Assembly (NCBI RefSeq): GCF_039654945.1
Contig: NW_027361685.1
Coordinates: 18,476,001-18,540,000, forward strand
From: Dendrobates tinctorius
Lineage: Eukaryota
Length of the DNA: 64,000 nt
Direction of reading: 5' to 3'
In this document: piece after piece, positions 50,501 to 63,669 of the stretch
Layout of the letters: each line of letters begins with the position of its first letter
Position numbering within the stretch: the first letter of the stretch is position 1
Notes under the pieces: model-generated
Seen by the model: only the letters and a program-made list of their open reading frames with translations
The model's database searches: none
What the model was told of the DNA's origin: nothing
Made by a program: the position numbers and the translations under genes

Positions 50501-53500
50501 TTCTATGAGGATGTAAGCTCTCAAATGGACCCAGGAGAATCATTGGATGTCATTTATCTCGACTTCTCTAAAGCATGTGACACTGTCCCACATAAAAGAT
50601 TGGTCAGTAAGATGAGAAAGCTCGGGCTAGGGGAAAATGTGTGTAGATGGGTAGGTAGCGGGCTTAGTGATAGAAAACAAAGAGTGGTTATTAATGGGGC
50701 ACACTCAGATTGGGCCAGGGTTACTAGTGGGGTACCACAGGGGTCTGTATTGGGCCCCCCACTATGTAATATATTTATTAATGATCTAGTGGATGGCTTA
50801 CACAGTAAAATATCAGTATTTGCAGATGATACAAAACTATGTAAGGTAGTTAACATAAAGGAGGACAGTTTGCAACTACAGACAGATTTGAGTAAATTGG
50901 AGAATTGGGCTGAAAAATGGCAAATGAGGTTTAACACAGATAAGTGTAAGGTTATGCACATGGGAAGGAGAAACAGATGCTACAATTACTTACTAAACGG
51001 GAAACTGCTGGGGAAATCAGACATGGAAAAAGACTTAGGCATCTTAGTCAATAAGAAGCTAAATTGGAGTGCCCAGTGTCAGGCAGCTGCCACCAAAGCA
51101 AATAGGGTCATGGGATGCATTAGAAGAGGTCTGGGGACACGAGATGAAAACATAATTCTCCCTCTGTACAAATCACTCGTCAGACCACACTTGGCGTATT
51201 GTGTGCAATTTTGGACGCCGGTGCTCAAGAAAGGCATTACTGAACTTGAAAGGGTTCAAAGGCGGGCTACTTAAACGATAAATGGAGTTTGTTCACTACA
51301 ATACCCAGAAAGGTTATCAAAATTAGGTCTATTTACTCTAGAAAAGAGAAGACTTAGGGGAGACTTAATATATATGTACAAGTATATCAGAGGGCAATAC
51401 AGAGATCTCTCCAATGAACTGTTTGTACCAATGACTGTGACAAGAACAAGGGGGCATTCTCTTCGTTTGGAGGAAAGACAATTTCGGCACCAGCATAGAA
51501 GAGGGTTCTTCACGGTAAGAGCAGTGAGGCTCTGGAATTCTCTTCCTGAGGAAGTGGTGATGGCCAACTCACTGAATGAATGTAAGAAAGGAATGGATGC
51601 TTTTCTTGTGAGTAACAGTATAGAAGGTTACGAATAAACAGAATATTATAGGTAGATGGTTGACCCAGCTTAGGGGAAGGAATTTTTTTCCCTATGGAGA
51701 AAATTGGCTTCTACTCTGTGGGTTTTGTGCCTTCCCCAGGATCAACAATGCAGAACAGCTGCACTAAAAATAGGCTGAACTAGATGGACATAAGGTCTTC
51801 CTTCAGCCTTCAAAACTATGTTACTATGTTATGTTACTATGTTACCAAGACAATGAGACTTTACAGTCTAATAGAAAACCTTGTTGGATGGACCAGTAGT
51901 GTGTGGTGTTCAACTGTTTGTTCATTCTGCCTCCCAAATATTGAATAAAAAGAAACCAATCAATGTTATGTAGGTGAAAATAATACCAATTCTCAACTCT
52001 CAAAAAACAAGTCCCCACTCAGGTCCATCACACTATCAGTGGCTAAAAGCCGGTTGAAAAGCTCCAGGGTTTCGATAAACCAATCCAGCAAAATCCGCTC
52101 TCACTTCGGAGTCTTGCAGTGTGCACAAACAACATTTAGGATCCCTGTATTTAGCAATATTATAGTGAGAAGAACCCACTTAATTTGCGGTGTGTGTCTC
52201 CTGGAGCACAATCTGGGCACTATGTGCTGGGTAATAACATGGCAAATGTGTAATTTTCACTCTCCAACATCCACTGTGTGTTAATTTCCGGAAAGTTGCT
52301 GTGGAGTCAAAATATTCACTCCTCCTACACACGTGGCCAAAATAGTTGGTACCCCTCGTTTTATGACAGATAAACCCACAATGGTCACAGAAATAACTTG
52401 AATCTGACAAAAGTAGTAATAAATCAAAAATCTATGAAAATTAGCAAATGAAAGTCAGACATTGCTTTTCAGCCATGCTTCCACAGAATTTAAAGTAAAA
52501 CTCATGAAATAGACCTGGGCAGAAACGATGGTTCCTTAACTAAAATATTTTGTTGCACAACCTTTTGAGGCAATTACTGCAATCAAACGATTCCTGTAAC
52601 TGTCTCTGAGACTCCTGCACCTCTCGACAGGTATTTTGGCCACTCCTCAAGAGCAACTGCTCCAGTTGTCTCGTGTTTGAAGGTTGTCTTTTCCAGATGA
52701 CATGTTTCAGCTCTTTCCAAAGATGCTCAATAGGATTTAGGTCAGGGCTCATAGAAGGCCACTTCAGAATAGTCCAATGTTTTCCTCTCAGCCATTCTTG
52801 CATGTTTTTAGCTGTGTATTGTGTGTCATTATCCTGTTGCAAGACCCATGACCTGCGACTGATACCAAGCTTTCTGACATTGGGCAGCACATTTCTCTCT
52901 AGAATCCCTTGATAGTCTTGAGATTTCACTGTACCCTGCACAGATTCTAGACACCCTGTGCCAGATGCAGCAAAGCAGCCCCAGAACGTAACAGTAGGAA
53001 CAGTGATTTTGTGATATGCCTCATTTCTCCATCTGAGAACATAGAGCTGATGTGCCTTGCCAGAACGTTCCATTTTTGTCTCATCTGTCCATAGGACATT
53101 CTCCCAGAAGCTTTGTGGCTTGTCAACATGTAGTTTGGCAAATTCCAGTCTGTTTTTTTATGATTATTTTCAATAATGGTGTCCTTCTTGGTCGTCTCCC
53201 ATGAAGTCCACTTTGGCTCATACGACGGATGGTGTGATCTGACACTGATGTTCCTTGAGCTTCAAGTTCACCTTTAATCTGTTTACAAGTTTTTCTGGGC
53301 TATATTACCATTCATATTATCTGTCTCTTTGATTTGTCATCAGTTTTCCTCCTGCGGTCACGTCCAGGGAGGTTGGCTACAGTCCTATGGATATTAAATT
53401 TCTCAATAACATGTGCAACTGTAGTCACAAGAATATGAAGCTGCTTGGAGATGGTCTTATAACTTTTACCTGTAACATGTTTGTGTATAACTTTCTTTCT

Positions 53501-56500
53501 AATCTCCTGAGACAACTCTTTCCTTCGCTTCCTCTGGTCCATGTTGAGTGTGATACACACCATGTCACCAAACAGCACAGTGAGGATCTGTAGCCTCTAT
53601 ACAGGTCACTCACTGATTCCAAGACTGTAGACACCTGTGATGCAAATTAGTGAACACACCGTGATTTACACATTCTGTGGAAGCTTGATTGAAAAGCAAT
53701 GTCTGACTTTCATTTTCATAGATTTTTTATTATTACTTTTGTCAGATTCAAGTTATTTCTGTGACCATTGTGGGTTTTTCTGTCATTAAACGAGGGGTAA
53801 GAACAATTTTGACCCCGTGTGTATAGTTTACAACCATCAGTGAATTAATTAATAACATGGAATCACTTTATGGGTATTTCGACTATTCTGGTTTTCTGTC
53901 ATTTAGTTATATTAGAGCTTCTGCATATGGTGAGTCCAATCTCATCTGGGATCTGTTCCTGCTGTCCAGCTGGAGTAATCTGCTCCCTACTTCAGCCAAC
54001 TGGAAAGTACCACACCCTACTAAAGCGCAAAGCACATGGCCGGAATCTGCCAGATACAGCGCTGTTCTCCTCTGGTTCAGTCCTCTGTGCTCAGCTTGCG
54101 GCTTGTGTATTTGTTTCCTGCTGTGACCGTGGCCCGTTTACTGACTACTCTTGTGTCTTCTGATTCTGTGTTCTGTCCTTCTGGTTCTGACCCAGCTACC
54201 TGACTATTCTTCTTGGCATCTAACACCACAGAGTAGCAGGTAACACCATGGTCCAAGCCTAGGGGTCCCAGTGTAAGTCCAGATCCATGTGAGGGTGTTA
54301 AAGGGCGATGAGCAAGTCAATCCTTGGGATATGGAAAGCAGAGAAGATAGCGCCAAGCATGTTCATGGTGGACATCTTTTGAGCTGCCAGGTGACCATGA
54401 ACACTGCTCCCAATACATTGTGTCTGCAAACTATTCCAGCTAGATCTGCATTCATATAGCTAAATGGCGCTCCTTCCCTTCTGAACACTGCCATGTGCCC
54501 AGACAGTAGTGTACAACCGTATGTAGGGTATAGTGCGAAGCTGGAGAATAATTTGTAAGATCCATTTGTTTTCTATTATCCTTTGTGAATAATTTATCAC
54601 CACAAAGTGACACACGTCAGATATTAATAATGGGGCCTGATTAAGAACACAAAACTGGCTGCAGGAAGAGGTTAAATCAGAGGATTTTGGACACTACTGT
54701 AATCAAACACTGTGACTATAGACAATAACATCTACTGAAATGATCAAACTCCACAGTCTCCATCAGTAATAAATGAGCAGCTAGTGGTGAAACCTCTCTG
54801 GGGTAATTAGAGTATGGGGCTCGGTGACGTCACAATCTAAACTATCGTAAGGGCCAATATTTTCTGTCAGATAAGATTCATGGAGAAATATTACACATTT
54901 ATAGAGAACTGTGTATAATAGTGCAGAGCTGAGATGTCTTAAAGGAACCTGTCAGCAGGATTGTGCACAGTAACCTACAGACACTGTCAGGTCAGCGCCG
55001 ATATACCGATTACAATGATACCTGGTGATGAAATCCGTCTTGTGGTTGTTGTGTAATCCGTATTTGTAGTTTTCAGTTAATGATATTCTCGTGCTCTGGG
55101 GCGGGGCTGTGGGCGGGGCTTTATGTGGTGCTCTGATTACATATTCCTCTGTATTGGCTTATGACAGGTTGCTGACCCCTCACTGACCTGCCCCCATTAT
55201 TACATAATGCATATAATAGCATTGATATTATTATTGATAATGCCTATAATATTGTGGCTATTGTGAGGCTTAGAAAAAAAATTACATCCAGCAAAATGAC
55301 ACCAACGGCGCCTGCGCAGTAGCCTCTATCTCTTACTTATAGATACTACTGCGCAGGGCGCCGCCATAGCCGGTGACATTTTGCTGGATGTAATACAGAT
55401 GAATATGTAATCAGAGCACCACATAAAGCACATATTTTTCTACAAGTGATTTTCTATCTTGTCAGCACATTCTACGTACGCTGTCATTTGGCTTTATAGT
55501 TACAGATCTGGGCAGGTAACGGTCAGCGTCTCCTAATGTGAAGGAGAGAATGGCTACTAAATCAATTATTAAACCTTATATAAGTCAGTTCAAATATGGT
55601 GTACCAAGATGGCGTCTGTGTCTTCAGACAACACCTTGGAAGGAATCCTTGGAATGCAGAAGCTGAGATACTGGATACCATATATGGAAGTGAAGCTGAA
55701 ATGGACCTATCATAGACTGACACTGGCTACTCAGAAGATTGTGTGACACCCATTTCCTGTCTCTTTGTCTTGAGAATAAACTTCAGTTGTGTGCAAGCCT
55801 TTGCTGAGAAAGGAGTAGACATCTAACTCTGTGTTCGGTGTGACTCTTTAAGCGCGCACTTGGCCTATATTGGGTCAGTACAAGCAATCATATAGATCTT
55901 GCTTTAAGAGATCACCCTCACACTAATCCCAGGGGGTAGGTGGATCCTCCAGGTTGTAAGTTCTATAGAAAAGGGCTTTCAATGCCCAAAGTCATTTGAA
56001 CAGTTTTGGGTGGAGGAGAATGTTGTGGTCTAGAGGCAAAATGGTGATCATGGTAATACGGCCGGACTACACCACCGATAAAGCAGCCACAGCCGGTGAC
56101 TGAGAGGAATCTGTGACTTCTCTGCATTCAGTGGTTACTACTCACCTGGGTAGTCATATGTGGGAATCTCCTCTTTACACCACTCATCATCTCTCACATA
56201 TGTCTCTGTAGTATTAATATGGGTCAGATCTTCACCCTGAAACAAATATTGTAAAAGTCACAGACAGATGGAGAAGTCCCATCTATGATCAGCTCTAATC
56301 CTGCCATCTCCACCGTTCTCATTACACAAGTATAAAACATATAATACTGGTGGATAAAACAAGACTGAGCACAAGACCTTCACAGCCGCCTACACATCAT
56401 AGGGGAGATCTCCTGACACCTTCTCTCCATCTACCTGATGATCCTGAGGAGCACTGGGATCTTCTTGTTTACAGTCCTGTGGAAGAAGAGGACGGGGACA

Positions 56501-57209
56501 TCTCTCTGGTGTTGTCCTCTTACTGGATAGATCTGGAGGAAACACATACAGGGACTGAATTCGTTCTCTACATACAGATAATTATAGGCCGTGTGTATTT
56601 AGTCCTGTCTATTACCTGGTGATGTGAGGGGCTGGGGAACCTCCATTATGACGTTCTTGTACAGATCTCTGTGTCCTTCTAAATACTCCCACTCCTCCAT
56701 GGAGAAATAGACAGCGACATCCTGACACCTTAGAGGAACCTGACACATACAATGATACCGTCATCTCCCCGATCCCTTCATAGCGTTACTGTATAATGTC
56801 CCAGCATTCCCAGCAGTGTCACCTCTCCAGTCAGCAGCTCAATCATCTTGTAGATGAGTTCTAGGATCTTTTGGTCACTGACGTCCTTATGGATCAGTGG
56901 GTGAGGTGGAGGCCCCGTGATTGGGCTTAGGGGTCTTCCCCATCCCTCAGACACAGGGTCCTGACAGCGATCACTAGAGGTCTTCTTCACCACTGTGTAA
57001 TCCTGGTTATGGAGAGACACATTAATAAATCTCACTACAGACATTCCCAGAGTCCTCACCTCTCCAGTTCTGTCCGTCTGTTATTCCCATAGATAAGAAT
57101 GATGTAATGTGACGTCATCAGAATCTCTCACCTCTCCAGTGAGACGGAAGAGGACCTCTAGGGTGAGGTGTAACATCCTCTCCGCCATCTTGTCTCTGTC
57201 CATATCCAT
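47596..57209 (-). CDS. FAX/KRAB-like C2H2 zinc-finger gene, paralogue C (predicted 529 aa, 8 intact fingers plus 1 degenerate)
   Basis: GT-AG exons 57209-57132, 57002-56823, 56739-56616, 56532-56435, 56236-56146, 48614-47596; 1590 nt in frame. Ninth finger has His to Tyr. Confidence 0.92.
48735..51843 (+). mobile_element. CR1 LINE (ORF2 EN plus RT, frameshifted, 5'-truncated) in intron 5 of C, antisense to the gene
   Basis: [45 protein letters not shown]; (CTATGTTA)n tail. Flanks rejoin to match B's uninterrupted intron (30700-30730). Confidence 0.95.
52328..53821 (-). mobile_element. Decayed full-length Tc1 transposon
   Basis: TA|CACACGTGGCCAAAAT ... ATTTTGACCCCGTGTG|TA with long TIRs; broken ORF ([28 protein letters not shown]). 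Confidence 0.92.
54943..55430. mobile_element. T2/Kolobok-type palindromic MITE, right arm partly deleted
   Basis: TTAA|AGGAACCTGTCA start; centre TGCGCAGTAG...CTACTGCGCA. Confidence 0.7.
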
Positions 57210-58182
57210 CTTTGATGGGTAAATCAGGAAAATTCTCTTTTGTAGAAGATCTTCACTGAGAGGATCCGATATTGTAGAGACCTGAATGAGAAGAAGATGA
57301 TCCGATGTAACATCATAAGAATCCTGTGTAATAATACAATTACTGGAGATAATAAGGGAAACATATGAGGAGATTTATTATCTTACAGGGTTTAGTTTTC
57401 TTCCCTGACATCTACTAATAAAACCTATATATTTAGGCCACAGACAACAAGCAGTTTCCTCCTCGGAGTCGGCAGCTGAACACGTTCCTCATAGACTCAT
57501 CTTCCATAACGCTAATTCTCGTCTCATTACCGACACTGGAATCGGCATTAGCAATACTGCAGGAGAGATTCATTACACGCGACATGAGAAATAACTCCTT
57601 CATGATGAGGACGACATCTTCATCTTCTACTGCGGCTCTAGAGACAGATTTGGCCAGAGTCGGTCACTGCCTCCATCCCCACCAGCCGTCTATATGAAGG
57701 TTTCCCGTCTTCCCCGCACTGGAATCTTCTATCATGTTAGATCTCAGCTCTGAGTCACACCCAGAAGTTTGAGGCTTTAAAAAAGATCTTTTGCTTCCAC
57801 AATCAACGTGGACAGAAATGATCTGATCCCAAAGTCTCCATGTACAGTGATTTATGGGGTTTATTTCTGGCCTTAGGCTTTCCTATATTACAAGAAAAAC
57901 TCCAGAAAAAGCCGATATTAAAATGTTTCTAAAGAAAAATTGGCTCCAACAGTTCTTGTAAGAAGAAAACAATATGCAAAAAGCAGAAGACACATTTTAC
58001 AATAATTAACATGTTGAACATCTATTAAAAAGAAATTAAGCTTTTTGTGCCCCAGAACATAGATGTACTTTATTATACTCTATTATCCTGTACACAGTGG
58101 AATAGATAGAAATCACAGGTCCCACAGCAATAGCTGGAATTGGACTCTCCAACGTAAAGAAAAAAAATCTCTCTATCTTTAT

Positions 58183-59050
58183 TGTAACGGCCGTCTGCGA
58201 ATCTGGGCTGCAGTAGGAACAGCACCCCGAGTAACCCCAAGACCCTTAACCCCTATACAGGGATCTGGAATTGTAGCAAGACCCAGGGGGTAGCTGTTTG
58301 GTGGAGCAGTGGACCAGAGCAGGACAGCCACCAAGGGGTTAAAACTAAAACCCGTAATCGACGTCAGGAGGCAGGAGTCTGAGGCCGGAGGGCAGCAGAG
58401 GTGCAAAATCAGCAGGCAGAGGAAGAGTCAAAAATGTGGGCCAAGGTCAGTAAAACCAGAAGGGCAGCAAAGGTACAGAATCAGCAGGCAGCAGAAGGGT
58501 CAGAAATCCAAGCGATTGTCAGCGTCAAAATATCGGAAGAGAGGCAGAGGTAGAAAAAAGGCAGGCAATAGAATGGTCCGAAATCCAGGCTGAGGTCAGA
58601 GTTAACTATAGCAATTCACACAGTAACACGCAGGGGAACCAAGAATATATCCGGCGGCTTGAAGGACGAGTCCCAAGGTATTTGAGGGATCAGGTCATCC
58701 CTCACAGGATCCCGGACTGATGATGTAATTACGACCGCCCCCAGGACCAGGCCAGTTGGTGATGCAGTAAGCCCTACATGACTGACAGAGGGGCAGGGCC
58801 TGCGCCCACCAGATGCCTGCGCAGGAGCCTCTTCTCTGTCACCACCCTCACCCAGGGGTGAACCACGGTTCTTCCCAGTGGCCGAGGCAGGAACAGCCAT
58901 CCCCGAGTCCGACGGCGAACCGACGGTCCGGCTCCTCCTAGTGGCCGAGACCGGAACATCAGGCCCCGGTCTGGCGGCGACGTATCAGTCCGGCGCCTCC
59001 TAGTGGCCGAGGCCGGACCAGCAGGCCCCGAATCTGGCGGCGACGTGAAA
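58183..59050 (-). mobile_element. Solo Gypsy-type LTR
   Basis: TGTAACG ... CGTGAAA termini; purine-rich repeated CAGCAGGCAG blocks typical of these LTRs in reverse orientation; TSD unclear. Confidence 0.6.
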
Positions 59051-59442
59051 TATATACACGGTTCAAAAAAATAAAGGGAACACTTAAACAACAGAATATA
59101 ACTCCAAGTAAATCAAACTTCTGTGAAATCAAATGGTCCACTTAGGAAGCAACACTGACTGACAATCAATTTCACATGCTCTTGTGCAAATGGAATAGAC
59201 AACAGATGTAAATTATTGGCAATTATCAAGACACCCTCAATAAAGGAGTGGTTCTGCAGGTGGGGACCACAGACCACATCTCAGTACCAATGCTTTCTGG
59301 CTGATGTTTTGGTCATTTTTGAATGTTGGTTGTGCTTTCATACTCGTGGTAACATGAGACGGACTCTACAACCCACACAAGTAGCTCAGGTAGTGCAGCT
59401 CATCCAGGATGGCACATCAATGCGAGCTGTGGCAAGAAAGTT

Positions 59443-59697
59443 CAAGGGAAGAGTCTTGAGGAGATCATTTGCATATTCCCAGTGCCTTCTGGGATAAGTG
59501 AAGAGTCTCCGCGAGCTCAACGATCACTGGGTTTTGGCCGTTGCAGCTGAAAAGAGGAAATCGGAAAACCAGGGGAAGAGTCTTGAGGAGATCATTTGCA
59601 TATTCCCAGTGCCTTCTGGGATAAGTGAAGAGTCTCCGCGAGCTCAACGATCACTGGGTTTTGGCCGTTGCAGCTGAAAAGAGGAAATCGGAAAAAC
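59443..59697 (+). repeat. Two tandem 127-bp CR1 5' UTR monomers, each with octamer ATTTGCAT
   Basis: Units start at 59443 and 59570; ATTTGCAT at 59467-59474 and 59594-59601. Confidence 0.92.
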
Positions 59698-62600
59698 CGT
59701 CTCAAGATGGAAGAGGCCAGGAGCCATTTGGTGAGCTGCATTTCTTGCTACATGTTCACAGACTTACCAGTGGAAAAGCCAAACTTCACATGCCACAAAT
59801 GCAAGCTTGTGACCCTGTTGGAGGAAAAGTTGCAAAATCTCGAAGAGAGGTTAGCTACGTTGAAGATCATTAAGGAAGGTGAAGAGTTCTTGGACAGAGC
59901 AGAATTATCTCTTCATGTTACAGAAAGAGAAGACATTCGAAGTGCACCTGAATAAACAGAGGAATGGAGACATGTGACCCAGAGAAGCAGGAGGATCAGG
60001 AGGCAGTCAGCACCCATACTGCTCAGGAACCAGTACCAGGCTCTCACGCAGGAAAACGATGAAGAAATACATCAGGATAAGACTTTGCCAACAAACAGCA
60101 ACCTTGTACGCCTTCAGAGTCCTCCTGGATGGAGAAAGAAAAATGTTGTGAAGAAGAAACGGAGAGTGGTGGTCATGGGGGATTCCCTGTTGAGAGGAAC
60201 AGAGGCCGCTATCTGCAGACCGGATATATCTTCAAGAGAAATGTGCTGTCTTCCAGGTGCAAAAATTAAAGATGTGTCTGACAGGATATCAGGACTCTTC
60301 AGACCTACAGATGACTACCCATTCCTGCTACTACATGTGGGGACAAATGACACCGCAAGAAACGACCTGGAAACCATCTGCAGAGACTTTGAAGACTTAG
60401 GCAAGAAAGTGAAAGAACTGGGAGCGCAGGTGGTCTTCTCTTCCATCCTCCCAGTGGATGGCCATGGAACAAGGAGGTGGAATAAGATTCTGCAGGTGAA
60501 CAACTGGCTACGTCGATGGTGCCGTCAGCAACTATTTGGATTTCTGGATCACGGAGTGAACTACTTATACGATGGACTACTTGCTAGAGATGGGGTGCAC
60601 CTTACGAAGACTGGAAAGCATGTATTTGGAAGTCGCCTTGCTACACTTGTAAGGAGAGCTTTAAACTAGAACCACATGGGAAGGGAAGCAAAAGACCAGA
60701 AAAAGCCATACACCTGACAAATGCTATTGAGAACTCTGCTATTAGAAGTGGAAAGGAAGAACAAAGACGAAAGAATCTAATTAATAAAAATATTGGAGAA
60801 AGAGAAACCTATCCAAACTAAAATGTTTCTATACTAATGCACAAAGCATGGGCAACAAACAAGGAGAATTGGAACTACTAACACAGGAAAAGAAATATGA
60901 TGTCATTGGAATCACTGAAACTTGGTGGGACAATACACATGATTGGAATACAAGACTAGAAGGATACAACTTATTTGCAAGAAACAGACTTGATAAACGA
61001 GGAGGGGGTGTCGCATTGTATGTTAGAAACGCGTATATCTGCACAGAGATTGAAGCTTCAGAGACTGGGAGTTCTGTGGAAACTGTTTGGGTAAGAATAC
61101 AAGGACAGAACAATGGAAAGGACACCATTGTAGGCATTTACTACAGGCCGCCTGTGCAAGCTGAAGATATGGATGAACTCTTTATGCATCAAATGGCCAA
61201 GTTCTCCAAAAAATATGACATAGTTGTCATGGGAGATTTCAACTATCCAGACATTTGTTGGGAATCTCTCTCAGGCAAAACTACAGGTCAAGGAAATTCT
61301 TATCCTCTCTTGCTGACAACTTTATCTTCCAAAAGGTAAGGGAGAAAACAAGGGGAACTGCTACCTTGGATCTAATCCTTATAAACAGGGAGGAAATGGT
61401 TGAGGAGGTAAAAGTGGCTGGGACCCTAGGAGGTAGCGACCATGCTATTTTAGAATTTTGGATAACTAGAGGCGGAAGACCTGTGAAGACGCAGACGTCA
61501 AGGTTAGATTTCAGAAAGGCAGATTTTAAGGGATTCAGAAAGAGAATTGGAGGGATCCAATGGCTGGATATCCTTAAAGACAAAAATGTCCAGGAAGGAT
61601 GGGAAATCTTGAAAAATGAAATTCTCAAAGCACAGTTGTTAACAATTCCGAAAAGAGGGAAGAATAGGAAGCATTTAAGGAAACCAGGATGGATGAACAC
61701 AGAACTTAAGCACATGCTAAAAAGGAAGAAAAAAATGTTTAAAATGGAAAGAGGGAGGCATATCTAAAGAAGAATATAATGCTGTCTGCAGAACCTGCAG
61801 GGCACAAATCAGATTATCTAAAGCTGAAAATGAATTGAGGCTTGCAAGAGATGTCAAAAGCAATAATAAAGGATTTTGGGGATATGTCAAAAGTAAAAGA
61901 AAAGTCAAAGATGCTATAGGATTTTTACAGGATGAAAATTATGAAATGGTAAGACAGGATGTTGAGAAGGCCGAACTTTTAAATTCCTATTTTGCATCTG
62001 TTTTCTCTCAGAAAGGGAATGTAACATCAACTGTTCTTCACTGTCCTATTAAGGGAATAGAAGAATCCAGGATATCTATAAACAGAAAGATAGTGAGGAA
62101 ACACTTAGCTAACCTAAATGAATTCAAGTCTCCAGGTCCAGATGAATTACACCCCAGAGTACTGAAGGAGATAGCAGAAGAAATTTTTGAACCCCTCTCC
62201 ATAATCTTTGAAAATTCTTGGAGAACAGGAGAAGTGCCAGAAGACTGGAGAAGAGCAAATGTTGCTCCTATCTTCAAAAAGGGGAAGAAGGTGGACCCAG
62301 GCAACTATAGGCCGGTGAGTCTGACTTCTATACCAGGAAAGATCTTTGAACAAATTATTAAACAACATGTATGTCAATACCTGGATAAGAATGAAGTGAT
62401 TAAACAGAGTCAGCATGGGTTTGTAACTAATAAGTCATGTCAGACTAATTTAATTTTCTTCTATGACGGTATTACTGATTGGGTGGATCAAGGAAATGCT
62501 GTAGATATAGTATATCTTGACTTCAGCAAAGCATTTGACAAAGTCTCTCATACAATCCTTATTGAAAAAATGATTAAGTATGGAATGGACAAGGCAACTG

Positions 62601-63669
62601 TTAGGTGGATTCATAACTGGCTTAGTGATCGGACCCAAAGAGTGGTCGTAAATGGCTGCACATCCAGTTGGAAGAATGTCTCAAGTGGGGTACCACAGGG
62701 CTCTGTCCTGGGCCCTGTATTGTTCAACATCTTTATCAACGATTTAGATGAAGGAATTGAGGGTAAACTGATTAAATTTGCTGATGACACAAAGCTAGGA
62801 GGGATAGCTAACACTAGAGAAGAGAGAGAGAGGATTCAAAAAGATATAAATAAACTGGAGCAGTGGGCAGCAGCTAACAGAATGGTTTTTAACAGGGAGA
62901 AATGCAAAGTACTACATCTGGACAATAAAAATGAAAAAAGCATATACAGAATGGGAGGAATAGGGCTAAGTGACAGCACATGTGAAAAAGACTTGGGTAT
63001 ACTAATAGATCACAGACTGAATATGAGTCAACAGTGTGATGCAGCAGCAAAAAAGGCAAATGCAATTCTAGGATGTATGGGAAGTATTAACAGAAGCATA
63101 CAGTCTAGATCACGTGAAGTCATTATTTCCCTCTACTCCTCTTTGGTCAGACCTCATCTGGAATACTGTGTCCAGTTTTGGGCACCACATTTTAAAAAAG
63201 ACATCAACAAACTGGAGCAAGTTCAGAAAAGAGCGACCAGAATGGTGACCGGTCTGCAAACCCTGTCTTATGAGGAAAGGTTGCAGGATTTGGGAATGTT
63301 TAGTTTGCAAAAGAGAAGACTGAGAGGAGACTTAATAGCTGTCTACAAATATCTAAAGGGCTGTCACATTGTAGAAGGATCAACTTTATTCTCATTTGCA
63401 CAAGGAAAGACTAGAAGCAATGGGATGAAACTGAATGGGAGAAGACACAGATTAGATATTAGAAAAAACTTTTTGACAGTTAGAGTGATCAATGAGTGGA
63501 ACAGGCTGCCACGAGAAGTGGTGAGTTCTCCTTCAATGGAAGTCTTCAAACAGAGGCTGGACAGACATCTGACTGGGATGATTTAGCGAATCCTACTTTG
63601 AGCAGGGGGTTGGACCAGATGGCCCAGGAGGTCCCTTCCAACTCTACGATTCTATGATTCTATTCTATG
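59443..63669 (+). mobile_element. Full-length CR1 LINE (about 4.2 kb), young but inactivated
   Basis: 5' UTR of two 127-bp units. ORF1 59707-60669 (CxxC..CxxC finger and SGNH esterase GDS/HVGTND/DGVH; one in-frame TAA at 59953). ORF2 about 60800-63586 with frameshifts near 61280 and 61740. ATTCTATG tail. Confidence 0.97.
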
